Of a stretch of 64,000 bases of DNA, positions 46,966 through 58,239 are shown in pieces. The position numbers and the translations under genes are program-made. Each line of letters opens with the position of its first letter. The first letter of the stretch is position 1. The stretch comes from a virus. Location of the stretch: positions 1 through 64,000 of the IMG/VR virus record IMGVR_UViG_3300020045_010841. One strand, written 5' to 3'. The notes under the pieces were generated by a model. That model ran no database searches. It was not told the DNA's origin and was given only the letters and a program-made list of their open reading frames with translations.

Positions 46966-47751
46966 TTAACATGGACTACCTTCAGGATATACATTAATTA
47001 TAACTCCAGCACTTAATTCATATACAGTAGTTCCATATTTTATCCAAGTATAAGGTACTGGGAAAGAAAATAATGAATCATGATATAAATGAGTCCCTAT
47101 ATATAATATAGATGATGGGGAATATACTACTCTTGATACAGGACCATCTATTGTTATTTCTCCTCCAAGACAACCTAAATCTCCTTCTTGTATATCATAA
47201 GTATAATAAGATGATGGTGGGGCACATACCGCATCTAATACAGACGAATATGAAGATTCTCCTGAACCATCACATATATTTTTTACTCTAAAATATACCG
47301 GAGAATATTGATTCATAGGTAATGGACTTAATGCTCCTGAACCAGATGAAATGTTTATTGTTACAAAATTAGTAGTCCCAGTATTAGATATTAATGAAGA
47401 TCCAGTAGGTCCACTAAATGTGTTACTTAAACTATATTCTATTTTACTTTGTGGTATATTTAATGATGAACTATTTATATTGTACCTCACATCATAATTA
47501 TAATCGAAAGATGAACAGTTTGATACATTAGAAAACATAATTGAAGGGGTTACACAAAATCCCGCTACAGGACAACTAATAGGATCAAATATACTATAAT
47601 AATAATTAATACCACATATTGATTCCGATATGTAGTTTGAACTCGAATTGAATGTTATTACAAAAGTTGGATTAACCTCTGAACCTGAATTAGGGCCAGA
47701 TGTAAATACTTGTGTTACATATGGGTTTATTAAATTACCTGTGTTTGCCAT
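46966..47751 (-). CDS. Cys- and Ser-rich beta-strand protein, probable virion appendage (Fn3-like)
   Basis: IEYS...VYFRVKNIC..GES.YS Fn3-like pattern; located in the baseplate cluster. Confidence 0.55.
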   Translation of the reverse strand: MANTGNLINPYVTQVFTSGPNSGSEVNPTFVITFNSSSNYISESICGINYYYSIFDPISCPVAGFCVTPSIMFSNVSNCSSFDYNYDVRYNINSSSLNIPQSKIEYSLSNTFSGPTGSSLISNTGTTNFVTINISSGSGALSPLPMNQYSPVYFRVKNICDGSGESSYSSVLDAVCAPPSSYYTYDIQEGDLGCLGGEITIDGPVSRVVYSPSSILYIGTHLYHDSLFSFPVPYTWIKYGTTVYELSAGVIINVYPEGSPC

Positions 47752-47761
47752 AAAATTTTAT

Positions 47762-49684
47762 TTATATTATTTCACAATAGGAACCACTATATATGTTTTG
47801 TCTTCCGTATATTTCTTGATATATAGTTTTATAACATCCATTTGAATCAAAAATAGATGCAGTAACGAAAGTACTATTAAGACCAATATTTGATAATTCT
47901 ATATATGGGGTATTGGTTGAATATGTTCCATATGGAGATCTTACTATATATGAATATGGAGCAATACCTCCAGATACACTCATAGATATAACAGATTGAC
48001 ATTCTTGAGCATAACTAATACTTGAAGAAACCAACATATTAGGATATGGAGATAAATATATACTTGAAGTTTGAGAACAATATCCATCATATATTTGAAC
48101 TTCATAATTTCCTGCTTCTAATCCTACAGCATGTAATGATGAAGTAAATAAGAAGGATGATGAGTTTGGATATATTAATGTTATATCTATATTATTAGAA
48201 TAATTTCCTATAAATGAATCAATGTTTATACTTCCATTATTTGTAAAACATGATAATGATTGGGTTGCCAGAGTATAAGTAAATGGATCTAAATTTGATG
48301 CGGTAAAAGAAGAAGAAAAAATTCCCCCATTAATATCGTATACTAATATATCATGAGAACCAGAAGTAACCAGTGATGGTGTTGATATACTATGAGAAGG
48401 ACCTCCATCTATATTATAATATACCCCCTGAGATGAAGTAACATATAAAGTTCCTGCATTAGTATTACATGATGGAAGAGGAATAATATTTAATATATAT
48501 GTTGTTTGTTCATAAAAAGGATCAAATGACTGAGAAACAATATTGCCTAAATAATCCTTTACATATAAAGTATTTTTTGTTGTTGAAACACTCCCTGTTA
48601 TATAAATATTAGTAAATCCTGATACACTAATGTAATTAATGTTATCGAATGAATAATAATACACGGGAGTCCCCCCATTTATATTAAAACTATGACTAGT
48701 ATTAGTTATAGTATTATATTGGACTTTTTCTATATTAAAATTATCTATCGTTAATGGGTTTTGATATATATTTAATTTAATATAAGCTAAATTACTTATA
48801 TTACCAATTCCATCTTCTATCGTATATCCTAATCTATAATGTCCTGGTATATAAGCAGATTGACTATTAATTAAACTAATAGAACCCGTTGCATCTATAG
48901 AATAACTAGGGAAAGTATAACCATCTATATTAAATATTTGAGTGCTTCCATAGTTTAAACTATTACAATCTGAAAAATCATTACTTAATATATTATATCC
49001 ATATGAATGAGAAACATTTAAATAAGATAAATTATCATTAACTGCGGTTGGAGTAGGATTAAAAAAACATACGTAATCCCCATCAGTAATTACTATAATT
49101 CCTAAAGCATAGAATATATTACCAATATAAAATTCGCCGGGAATTCCTGAATTTATTGTCTCTCTATAATTTGGTTCTGTTGAATAATCAAATATGTTCC
49201 CCTCACCATCATCTCTTATATAATATAATGATTCAGATATTATCAATGTGTTGGGTTTTATATTATTTCCATATATATTTTTGTCTATAGATATTATATT
49301 AATTAAATTCCCTTTTATATTATCCGATATAGAACCGGTCATGTTGATAAGATTCCTTATATCAGTAGTATAAGGACCTTTATATAATGTGTTTTGTAAA
49401 TAATTATCAAAAGATGAAGAATATAAAAATTCTCCATCACTTTTAATATAATTTTCGTAAAATAAATGTTTAATAGAAGAAAACATAAGTCTTTTATACT
49501 CATTATTTGTAGTTAAATAATCATCTACAGAATTAAAAGTATCTTCTCCCAAAGGGAGATTTTCTCCAATATATGAAGTAACTCCACTATTTAAACTACC
49601 TATTTCAATATCAAATTGTTTGTTAGCTTCATATTGAGATATAGAAATATCAGCAGGAGAAATTTTTTTATATGCAAAACTCAT
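47762..49684 (-). CDS. Baseplate/tail protein with Ig-like and SprB-like repeats
   Basis: IRDDGEGNI..YIGNIFYALG; PTAVND..ILSND Ig-like repeat; NGGTPVYYYS, GLEAGNYEVQIYD and SGGIAPYSY..DSNGC SprB-like repeats. Confidence 0.65.
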   Translation of the reverse strand: MSFAYKKISPADISISQYEANKQFDIEIGSLNSGVTSYIGENLPLGEDTFNSVDDYLTTNNEYKRLMFSSIKHLFYENYIKSDGEFLYSSSFDNYLQNTLYKGPYTTDIRNLINMTGSISDNIKGNLINIISIDKNIYGNNIKPNTLIISESLYYIRDDGEGNIFDYSTEPNYRETINSGIPGEFYIGNIFYALGIIVITDGDYVCFFNPTPTAVNDNLSYLNVSHSYGYNILSNDFSDCNSLNYGSTQIFNIDGYTFPSYSIDATGSISLINSQSAYIPGHYRLGYTIEDGIGNISNLAYIKLNIYQNPLTIDNFNIEKVQYNTITNTSHSFNINGGTPVYYYSFDNINYISVSGFTNIYITGSVSTTKNTLYVKDYLGNIVSQSFDPFYEQTTYILNIIPLPSCNTNAGTLYVTSSQGVYYNIDGGPSHSISTPSLVTSGSHDILVYDINGGIFSSSFTASNLDPFTYTLATQSLSCFTNNGSINIDSFIGNYSNNIDITLIYPNSSSFLFTSSLHAVGLEAGNYEVQIYDGYCSQTSSIYLSPYPNMLVSSSISYAQECQSVISMSVSGGIAPYSYIVRSPYGTYSTNTPYIELSNIGLNSTFVTASIFDSNGCYKTIYQEIYGRQNIYSGSYCEII

Positions 49685-49720
49685 ATTATTTTATTAAAGA
49701 TTTATTACTGAGGATTAAAA

Positions 49721-50725
49721 TTAAAAATCTATTTTAATTCTTAATAAACACTCTTTTGTGAAATCTTTTATTAATGGTTTACTAAGCTTAGCAACAGCCA
49801 ATAACTCATTTAAATCATTATATAAACCTACTGTTGTTATAAATGTTTGGGGATTATTAACTAAGGTAGGGTGATAAAATTCACCATTATTATTTATTAC
49901 GGATGGGTTAGTTGTATAATTAAATTCACTATTTTTAACTCTAACAAATATATAATCAGATGTAATTGTTTCTTCACTATTTAAAGAAAAATAAGCTCCA
50001 GTATTTATAGAATTAAATAATGCAACATTTGTATTTTGTAGTGCCGATGAATTATCAGAATAATCTATTGAAATTCCTATCCCCCCACTTACATAAGGTA
50101 ATGATAGTGCTCTTGGATTTAATAAAATCAATCCAACATCTGGTAAAAATTTACCATATGATCCCGAAATAGTTTTTCCACTTCCACTTATTGCAGTTCC
50201 ATTACTTCCACTAACAATGTCAAATATTCTACCCGCATCACAATAATTAATTGTTGTTGAATCTTTACTATTATTAGTTAATTTTAATGAACCTGAAGTA
50301 CTTCCTAAATACATATTAAAGGTATTTAAGAATAACTTTTCTTTATATCTAGCACGCTCTATATTTATTATATAAACATCTGGAGATGATGTATTTCCCG
50401 TTCCGAAATTAATAAAAGTATTTTCGTCTCCATTGATTAATGTTCTTATTTGACCATAATTGATTCTGGTTGGTGAATTCGTTGGTACTAAAGGATTTAT
50501 TAATGCGGAGCCTGAACCTTCTGCGTGTCCGTAATTTATAGAAAATTGAACCTCAGATAATGGGTCTACGGATGGGTTTGTAGAATATACAGGTAAATAA
50601 TTATTAGTATTTATTGAATCTTTGTATAAGGCATTTATGGTAGTTAAATTATTACTCCACAATGTTGATACTATTGAGTCTGAACTAATTTGTATGTCTT
50701 CTGCATTTATTTGGGTGAAGCTCAT
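49721..50725 (-). CDS. Baseplate/tail structural protein
   Basis: RARYKEKL, YGKFLPDVGLILLN, FITTVGLYNDLNELLAVAKLSKP motifs. Confidence 0.7.
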   Translation of the reverse strand: MSFTQINAEDIQISSDSIVSTLWSNNLTTINALYKDSINTNNYLPVYSTNPSVDPLSEVQFSINYGHAEGSGSALINPLVPTNSPTRINYGQIRTLINGDENTFINFGTGNTSSPDVYIINIERARYKEKLFLNTFNMYLGSTSGSLKLTNNSKDSTTINYCDAGRIFDIVSGSNGTAISGSGKTISGSYGKFLPDVGLILLNPRALSLPYVSGGIGISIDYSDNSSALQNTNVALFNSINTGAYFSLNSEETITSDYIFVRVKNSEFNYTTNPSVINNNGEFYHPTLVNNPQTFITTVGLYNDLNELLAVAKLSKPLIKDFTKECLLRIKIDF

Positions 50726-51381
50726 TATTTTATTTTATTTAAAGTTATTGGGATTGTTATTCTACTTCCACTATCTCTACCAGTTATGGTTAATATGGTT
50801 GATATAGAAGATAATGAACCAAATAATGTATTTACAGTTGTACCAGTGATATTTAATGTTGTACCTATAACTGTTTTAGAAACATTAGTTCCTATAGTTG
50901 AGGTTGAATTTAATTTTTGGACTTCTGGTGTAGTAATGCCCATTCCTTCAAAATTTGATAACAGTCTTGAATCCCCAATTGTAAATGTATATCCTGATGA
51001 TTCATATGTCGATGTCGAACCTAAATAATTTAAGGTTTGGGGAGTTATACTTAAAGAAGAACCCTGTTTAATATTAATATTGACATAACCAACATCAAGT
51101 ATAGGTATTTTAGCTGTTCCTCTAGGTAAAGTTATTAATTTATATTTCATCATTTGAGTTTCATCAGGGAATGCTTCTAGTACAGGCATAGCTTCTATAG
51201 CTTCACCAAAAAATGCAGAACCAGATGGGTGATTAGGATTATATAATGTATAATCTATTTCATCATCAGATAAAGCAAATTGTGTTATTTTGAATGATCC
51301 GTCATTTTTTGCCAATAATTCTCTCCCCTTTTTGGTAAGAATAGCATCTATCGATATATTGTTTCCTGCTAAATATCCCAT
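50725..51381 (-). CDS. Baseplate / fibre-attachment protein
   Basis: DAILTKKGRELLA...ITQFALSDDEIDY resembles tail-collar fibre N-terminal domains; TATTTATA at 51399-51406. Confidence 0.65.
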   Translation of the reverse strand: MGYLAGNNISIDAILTKKGRELLAKNDGSFKITQFALSDDEIDYTLYNPNHPSGSAFFGEAIEAMPVLEAFPDETQMMKYKLITLPRGTAKIPILDVGYVNINIKQGSSLSITPQTLNYLGSTSTYESSGYTFTIGDSRLLSNFEGMGITTPEVQKLNSTSTIGTNVSKTVIGTTLNITGTTVNTLFGSLSSISTILTITGRDSGSRITIPITLNKIK

Positions 51382-51414
51382 ATTATTTTGTTATTTATTA
51401 TAAATATATATAAA

Positions 51415-54400
51415 TTAAATTAGTTTTTGATCTTTTAATTGTTTTATTATATTACCCGATTTATCTTTTGTTGATTTACTTATATTTTTAGATAAAATAG
51501 TCCCAGAAGATGTTTGTCCTTCTTTTTTATTTTTGTTTATTATAATATTAGTTTCATCCAATATTTTAGATAAAAAGATAAAGTTTTGTATTTTCTTAGA
51601 TAGGTTTCTATTTTCTGGATAATCCAAACATGATTGATTAACTATTGGGTTTTTTAATTCAATAACTAATCTATTATCATATGTTCCAGATACAGGAGCG
51701 CTTAAAGGATAATGTACCGTTTTAACTTCATTTTCTAAATTTATAGGAAAAGATTTTTTATTAACATCCCAAAGTCTCACCAAATCTCCCGTTTTTATAT
51801 TAAAATTTTCAACAACATCTTCATAACCAAAAGAAAATAATTCAGGGGCAGTTTGCATTACGTTATTTCCTCTATTCACTTGATTATATATTATGTTAGA
51901 TAAATCATATGAACACGTTAATAAATTAGTTATTGAACCACTTATAACACTATTCCCTCTCTCAAAATACCAATTTTCTATAGGATTTGAATATGGATTA
52001 AATCCATTATCTAAAGCTGTATCTATATATACATATTCTGGAGGAGTAGTATTGTAATATGGAGAAGAGGGTAGACTAACTTCATTTGTTATTATTTGTG
52101 GTGATGAAGTAAATTGAATTCCTCCGGTTCCAATATTTTCAAAATTTATTTGACCTTTAATATATCCTTCAATTCCACTAATATTTTTAATTATTATATC
52201 TCCATTATTCACTCCTTTTGGTAATATTATCATCCCCTCAAAAGGAAATTCTATATCTCCAGAAATACTATTTATTCCTTCAACAGGATAGGTATTAGAA
52301 CCAGATGTGTGAGATACATTTCCTCCAAAATCATTATAAAACCAAGGATATGTTATTTTTGCATTAGTTTCACTAGCTGTAACTTTAATATAATCGACTC
52401 CCAAACCAATAGAATAATTAACAGGAGATATATTTCCTGTTCCTACTATTATAGTATGAATAGTATAATCATTAAAATTATAAAAATATGCTGTAGTTCC
52501 TATAGGTATTCTTGCACTTCCTATATTATCTTGTGGAACTATATAAGCTGGAGGGAAATTTGCATTAGTTGCTAATTGATTTACATGTATTAAATCTTGA
52601 GGAACGTTAAAAGTACCAGATAATAGTGAATTAACTGAAAATATTTGGGCCTTTAAATTTGTTGGTGGAGATATAGGAGCCATAAATTTAATAGTTCCTA
52701 CTATTCTTTGTCGTATTTCCCCAGTATATGAAGTATTTCTCCTAACGTTAATATATAATTTTGAATCTAAGGTTGAAGTGATTATTCCTGATGATACTTG
52801 GTTTTTAGGTAAAGAAATAGTTGGAGCTTGTAATGGATATATGCTTCCCAGAATTAAACTATTTAATGGTAAATTTTCTATACTAGAGGAACCACTCACG
52901 TTTGCTAATTCAATATCTTCTTCATATGATAATTCCAAATGATTATGACTGGAGTTAACATCTGTAAAATTCTGATACACCGGTTCATATCTATATCCTA
53001 CGGCAAAAGTTGATATTAGTCCGTCTAATTTTTTCTGTTCAGTTGGGTTTTGATTATCATCTAATATTATATCTACATCATCTTTTTCATATATAGATTG
53101 GACATCAAATATATGTTGATTTTGGCGAGTTAGTTCGGTAATATTAGCTTCTTCATCTATAAAATACTTAGCATATACATTATTTCTTCCAGGAAGTGTT
53201 AAATTTTGTGATGTAATTTCTGAGAAATATATGAATTTTGTTGTATTTTTATCTATGACTGGTTGTTTACCATAAGATATATCTCCGTTATTATATTTAT
53301 TATATTCTTTTGAAACCATTTTACATCCATTATATCTAGGATTGTTATGTCTAATTAAGGAATAGTTACTTTCTTGTATTTCTGCATTAATTATTTTGTT
53401 ATTTACTCCTAAAAATAATGAAGAAGTAATATAATTTATATTACCGGGAGTATTAATGTTTGAATAATAATCTACATTTAGATATTTTTTACTAGTTTTA
53501 GATTTTTCAACATTATTTAATAAAGGATTTAATATTATTTTAGAATATGAATGATATAAATCTACATTTTCTGGGCTTAATTTGTTTTCTTCATATATTA
53601 TATTAGATTTAGAAGAAGAATGAATCGTTAATCCACTTCCAAAAAATTCTCCATTATATAATTCTTTATTATCATCATTAGATATTTCTATATTTCCTAA
53701 AATGGAATTTTCAATTTTCTTATTATTGGATGAAAAAGAAGTATTTAATGGATTATCACCCTGTATAAAAGCCGTATTAATATTTCCATCAATATTTTTA
53801 TATTCTACATTAGGTTCGAATTTTTGTATTTTATTCTTTTCTAAAATGTGAGGTTTTATAACTAATCCAGAAGACAATATTGATTTCCCTGGTATAAAGT
53901 CTTTCACCATTTTAAATAAAGAATTATCAAGATAGGACAATAATTTAATAGTTCCAGATATATCTTGTTTTTTTAAATATTTTTGGAAGTAAAATAATTT
54001 AAGATTATTTAAATCTTTATATGATGTTTTATTTGAATCTTTAGGATCTCCTATATATTCATCTATGTTAAAATTTCCTAATTGACTTATTATGTCACTA
54101 TTGATTGAATTTTGAGGAGATATTCCTATTTCTATCTTAGATGAATTTTTTACTTGATTATATGTTGGTTTTTTTACTATAGAAACAATTGGGGATAATG
54201 TATTATCAGGTAATGTTTCTGTTTCTATAATTTTTATTTTTTGATTAGATTCAACAAAATTACCTCCATTAGGAACATTTATTAAATATTGTTCATAATT
54301 AGATTCATATGTAGTTTCAGCATAATTATATAATTCAGCTTTTGATATAAGTGTAACCCCATCAATAAATGAAGAAAGTGGTGAAGGATGAACGGAATAT

Positions 54401-56874
54401 AAATATTGTTCTATATTATTATCTAATTCACTCCCTAAAGGTAATCTAAATATTAGATTATCATAAGATCCAGTTTCATTTCCATATGATATTGATTTAG
54501 GATTTAATATATGTTCTTTAATATTATTTACAGGAATAGAACCAACCCAATATCTAAACTCTTGCATAACATAAGATTGTTGATTATTATATGAACCCGG
54601 GTAAATAAAATCATTTATATTCCAACACTTATTGAAATTAGATTGCAAATTTCCATCTATTGATACAGAACATGATTCCAAATATTGTATTCCATGTTCA
54701 TTTTTATTTCCTATAGTTAAAATATATTTATTATCCGAACCAGTTTCATAAGATCTAATTCCCCCATTTTCTCTAGTCCAAACTATATTCCACCAATCAT
54801 TATTATATAACGGAAGAGTAATTGATGGAGATGCAATTTCCCCTCCTAAAAGATCACCTAAAATAAAATTAATACTTGCTAAAGCACCACTGATATGAGT
54901 TATGTTTATCTTTTTAGAATCTGTTCCACTTTCAAATATTGGTTGAATAGAGTAAATATCATTTAATTTAAATCGGAATTCAATAGAATCAGGATATATA
55001 TCACTATATCCAGTATCTATATATTGTTTATTAGAGGGAAGGAAAGGGATTTCTAAAGTACCACTAACATTTAAATTTAAAGCATAATTAAACTTTTCAT
55101 TAATTTCTTCAATAAAATCTTGTTCTTTAATAACCCCTCCAAACTCTTTAACATCTAGTATTGTTTTAGGAATGCCAAAACAATTAATTAACGCGCGAAT
55201 TCCTTTTCTGGTACCACGTGATTTAAGAAGATAGGGTAAGTTATGATATATTCTTTTATACGTTTCTTTAACAATATCATTTTCTGGTATAGTATAGTTA
55301 GAAGCTGATACGTAATTAGTTATTTGATATGAACCTGTTTGAGGCAAAAATGTCCCATCAGGATTGACTCCTAATAATGAGGAATATATATTTTCATTAC
55401 TTCTAGAATTGGTATATAATTTAATACCAAAAGATTTTAATGTCTCAGCTACTAAATCTTTGGATATTCCACTATTTAATCTATTATCTGCTAAATTTTT
55501 ATTAGTTATATCTTTAACATAAGTCCATATATAATCAAAATGTTGACCCATCATAGAAATAATTAATTCTAGTTGAATATTTTGAGAGTCATATTTTATA
55601 TATTCTGGGAGATTATTCCATATATAATCTCTATTTTGATTATCATAATTAGAAGCATCTAATAACATTCCCCCATAATACCCAGAAGTATCACTGTCTG
55701 AACCTAACCACTCTAAAACTATATTATCATTGATATTATGATTTATATAAGGTTTAGTATTATTTGTTTTTGGGAAAGAATTTGACCCAGATTCATAATA
55801 CATAAAATATTCATAACCATCAAAAGTTTGGGTAATATTATCTATTTGGGAATGTAATTTTATTAAGGAATTGTTTATACTTCCCGTTTCTATAGATGAT
55901 GATAAATTATTTAAAATATTTATATCATTTTCAATTTTTTGTATTTGATCTATTTTAAATATAAAATTTTCCAATCTTCCTTTAGCAGATGAGAAATGAA
56001 CAAATTCTTCTAAATAATTGTAATCTATATTTATTTGTATATTATCACTAATTAAAGATGCTAATTGATTATAAGAAGAGGATATATTACTGTCTAATAT
56101 ATTAGATATATTTAAATACTGAGTTGAAGTACTTATTGAATCATTTATTTTAATATCGAAATTTGGTCCTCTAAGTGGAAAATTATTAATATTACTTTCT
56201 ATTACAACATCTTTATTTAATCTGTAGGATTGAGGATCAGATATTATTTCAGCAACCCATAATTGATCTTTTATTTTATAATCGTTAGATAAGGGCTCAT
56301 ATAATTTAATATATAAACTAGAAATATCTGTGTTAATATTATCTAATGCTATATTAACTCCAATTATATTTTTGTTATTACCAAAATTTAAAATAAAATC
56401 TGAGTAAAAACTTCTCTGATTGCGATTAATTATATATTCTAGGTATGATGATTGTAAATCAGAATAAACTATTTTATCTGAAGATAATTTGATTTCTGTT
56501 CTATCATTAGATATTTCTTTTATAAAGAATTTAATATTATTAGAACTACCAAATAATAGTCTATAAAAATTATATAGCACATCAAATTGCCCTTTATCAT
56601 AACCATATGATAATAGATCTTGTTCTGGGTTTACTTCTATTAAATTAAATAATGATGAGTTTTCTAAATTATTTCCATTTTTATAGTTTTTAAAGTCATA
56701 ATTAGATTCTAAAATATTTCCGGAAGGAGATAATATAAACATTTCTATAATATCATTTCCTAATCCAAATTCTTTATTTATTTGAATTGAATTTAATATA
56801 TTTGTATCCTCTAATTTATATGTTTGATTTATATATTGAGTAGAGTCTATATTTTCGATTTGAAATTCGTTCAT
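51415..56874 (-). CDS. Large baseplate wedge protein with a LamG-like domain (1819 aa)
   Basis: NLPEYI, GQHFDYIW, LPYLLKSRGTRKGIRALINCFG wedge motifs; SIEFRF..WWNIVW..MQEFRYW LamG-like segment. Confidence 0.7.
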   Translation of the reverse strand: MNEFQIENIDSTQYINQTYKLEDTNILNSIQINKEFGLGNDIIEMFILSPSGNILESNYDFKNYKNGNNLENSSLFNLIEVNPEQDLLSYGYDKGQFDVLYNFYRLLFGSSNNIKFFIKEISNDRTEIKLSSDKIVYSDLQSSYLEYIINRNQRSFYSDFILNFGNNKNIIGVNIALDNINTDISSLYIKLYEPLSNDYKIKDQLWVAEIISDPQSYRLNKDVVIESNINNFPLRGPNFDIKINDSISTSTQYLNISNILDSNISSSYNQLASLISDNIQINIDYNYLEEFVHFSSAKGRLENFIFKIDQIQKIENDINILNNLSSSIETGSINNSLIKLHSQIDNITQTFDGYEYFMYYESGSNSFPKTNNTKPYINHNINDNIVLEWLGSDSDTSGYYGGMLLDASNYDNQNRDYIWNNLPEYIKYDSQNIQLELIISMMGQHFDYIWTYVKDITNKNLADNRLNSGISKDLVAETLKSFGIKLYTNSRSNENIYSSLLGVNPDGTFLPQTGSYQITNYVSASNYTIPENDIVKETYKRIYHNLPYLLKSRGTRKGIRALINCFGIPKTILDVKEFGGVIKEQDFIEEINEKFNYALNLNVSGTLEIPFLPSNKQYIDTGYSDIYPDSIEFRFKLNDIYSIQPIFESGTDSKKINITHISGALASINFILGDLLGGEIASPSITLPLYNNDWWNIVWTRENGGIRSYETGSDNKYILTIGNKNEHGIQYLESCSVSIDGNLQSNFNKCWNINDFIYPGSYNNQQSYVMQEFRYWVGSIPVNNIKEHILNPKSISYGNETGSYDNLIFRLPLGSELDNNIEQYLYSVHPSPLSSFIDGVTLISKAELYNYAETTYESNYEQYLINVPNGGNFVESNQKIKIIETETLPDNTLSPIVSIVKKPTYNQVKNSSKIEIGISPQNSINSDIISQLGNFNIDEYIGDPKDSNKTSYKDLNNLKLFYFQKYLKKQDISGTIKLLSYLDNSLFKMVKDFIPGKSILSSGLVIKPHILEKNKIQKFEPNVEYKNIDGNINTAFIQGDNPLNTSFSSNNKKIENSILGNIEISNDDNKELYNGEFFGSGLTIHSSSKSNIIYEENKLSPENVDLYHSYSKIILNPLLNNVEKSKTSKKYLNVDYYSNINTPGNINYITSSLFLGVNNKIINAEIQESNYSLIRHNNPRYNGCKMVSKEYNKYNNGDISYGKQPVIDKNTTKFIYFSEITSQNLTLPGRNNVYAKYFIDEEANITELTRQNQHIFDVQSIYEKDDVDIILDDNQNPTEQKKLDGLISTFAVGYRYEPVYQNFTDVNSSHNHLELSYEEDIELANVSGSSSIENLPLNSLILGSIYPLQAPTISLPKNQVSSGIITSTLDSKLYINVRRNTSYTGEIRQRIVGTIKFMAPISPPTNLKAQIFSVNSLLSGTFNVPQDLIHVNQLATNANFPPAYIVPQDNIGSARIPIGTTAYFYNFNDYTIHTIIVGTGNISPVNYSIGLGVDYIKVTASETNAKITYPWFYNDFGGNVSHTSGSNTYPVEGINSISGDIEFPFEGMIILPKGVNNGDIIIKNISGIEGYIKGQINFENIGTGGIQFTSSPQIITNEVSLPSSPYYNTTPPEYVYIDTALDNGFNPYSNPIENWYFERGNSVISGSITNLLTCSYDLSNIIYNQVNRGNNVMQTAPELFSFGYEDVVENFNIKTGDLVRLWDVNKKSFPINLENEVKTVHYPLSAPVSGTYDNRLVIELKNPIVNQSCLDYPENRNLSKKIQNFIFLSKILDETNIIINKNKKEGQTSSGTILSKNISKSTKDKSGNIIKQLKDQKLI

Positions 56875-56880
56875 TATTTA

Positions 56881-57216
56881 TTATTGGGTTAAATCGTCTA
56901 TTATTTGTCTTGATTCTAATAGTTCTAATCTAAGTTGGTTTATTTCCTCTAAAAGGAGGTCTATTTCATCTGTATTTTGGGTTTCACCAACATATTCTGT
57001 ACTTCTTTTTATTAATTCTTTATGAGAATTTATTTCGCCTTCAATAGGTATATCAAAAAATAATTTATTATATAAATCAAAAAAATCATCGACTGTTGGT
57101 TCATCAGTAACAGTTAACTTAGGAGTAGTTATTAATTGGGTGAAATTAACGTCTATAACTTTAGGATATGATGTTTTATTATATACTGTTTTATTTAATT
57201 CTATTATTTCTTCCAT
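56881..57216 (-). CDS. Hypothetical baseplate-cluster protein
   Basis: FFDLYNKLFFDIP motif and a C-terminal coiled coil. Confidence 0.65.
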   Translation of the reverse strand: MEEIIELNKTVYNKTSYPKVIDVNFTQLITTPKLTVTDEPTVDDFFDLYNKLFFDIPIEGEINSHKELIKRSTEYVGETQNTDEIDLLLEEINQLRLELLESRQIIDDLTQ

Positions 57217-58217
57217 TATCTACTAACTTTAAAATAGTTATTTGGATTATCAACAATCACTACATTATTTCCTATTATTGTTTTTATTAATATTTGGTAA
57301 TATCGTTCAGGTTGTAATCCATTCATATATAAAGTAAAATAATTCCCATTATTATCTGCTCCTATTTTTGTTCCAATATTATTATAATCTATTATAATTT
57401 CTTTAGATTTAACATCTTTAAGAGCCCAATATGACTCTGATGGAAGGATTTTGTTATTTAAATATACGGAGCTTGTTTGGAATTGCCTAATCGGATATAT
57501 ATCTCTATTTTTGATTATAAATTTATGAATGCTATTTTCAGAATATAATAATTTATTATTAGTAATAGTTGTTTTAAATTCTTCATTATTAATAACTCCC
57601 AAAGATGAGGAAAATAATGTATCATTCCAATAAAATTCCAAACATGGTGGATATATAGTATGAGTATCAGATGAAAAATATCTAGTTGATATAGATAAAG
57701 AAGATTCATCAGTGTTTGAATATTTTAATATAAATCCATTATTATCAACAAGATTATTATTCCAATTATTTATTATAGAAGTAACATCACATGATATATC
57801 CTTGTTATCTTGATATCCAAAAGATTGGGATATACCAAAATCAATATAGCTTCCCCCATTCCATAATGATGATGAAGTATTAGAAGAATTCCAACAAGAA
57901 CCATTTTGGGGATTTGGATTATCTTCAAATCTTCCGGTACCCATATCCCAAGATTGAGATAAAGCGTGAATCTCTATATTATAATCTTGGGGAAGCTCCG
58001 AAGCATTTGCTAAATATAATTTTAAATTTGTTTTATAACTTCCTGATATATTATTTATTACACTGTTTATTTCTTCGCTATCGAACTGTATAATAGCTCT
58101 TGAAGAATTTGTTGTATCAGAAGATATATCTAGTATTTCATCTCTTCCGTAATTTTGAGTAGGTTTAATAGATGAAATAAAATTATCTTTTATAGGGAAT
58201 ATTAAATATGTTGCCAT
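57216..58217 (-). CDS. DNRLRE/CBM96-like domain virion protein
   Basis: KDNFIS..PTQNYG.DEIL, SRAIIQFD, LKLY, DVTSII..W...NNGFILK, FSSD...PPCL; TATTTATA at 58228-58235. Confidence 0.7.
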   Translation of the reverse strand: MATYLIFPIKDNFISSIKPTQNYGRDEILDISSDTTNSSRAIIQFDSEEINSVINNISGSYKTNLKLYLANASELPQDYNIEIHALSQSWDMGTGRFEDNPNPQNGSCWNSSNTSSSLWNGGSYIDFGISQSFGYQDNKDISCDVTSIINNWNNNLVDNNGFILKYSNTDESSLSISTRYFSSDTHTIYPPCLEFYWNDTLFSSSLGVINNEEFKTTITNNKLLYSENSIHKFIIKNRDIYPIRQFQTSSVYLNNKILPSESYWALKDVKSKEIIIDYNNIGTKIGADNNGNYFTLYMNGLQPERYYQILIKTIIGNNVVIVDNPNNYFKVSR

Positions 58218-58239
58218 TATGTTTATTTATAAATATAAT

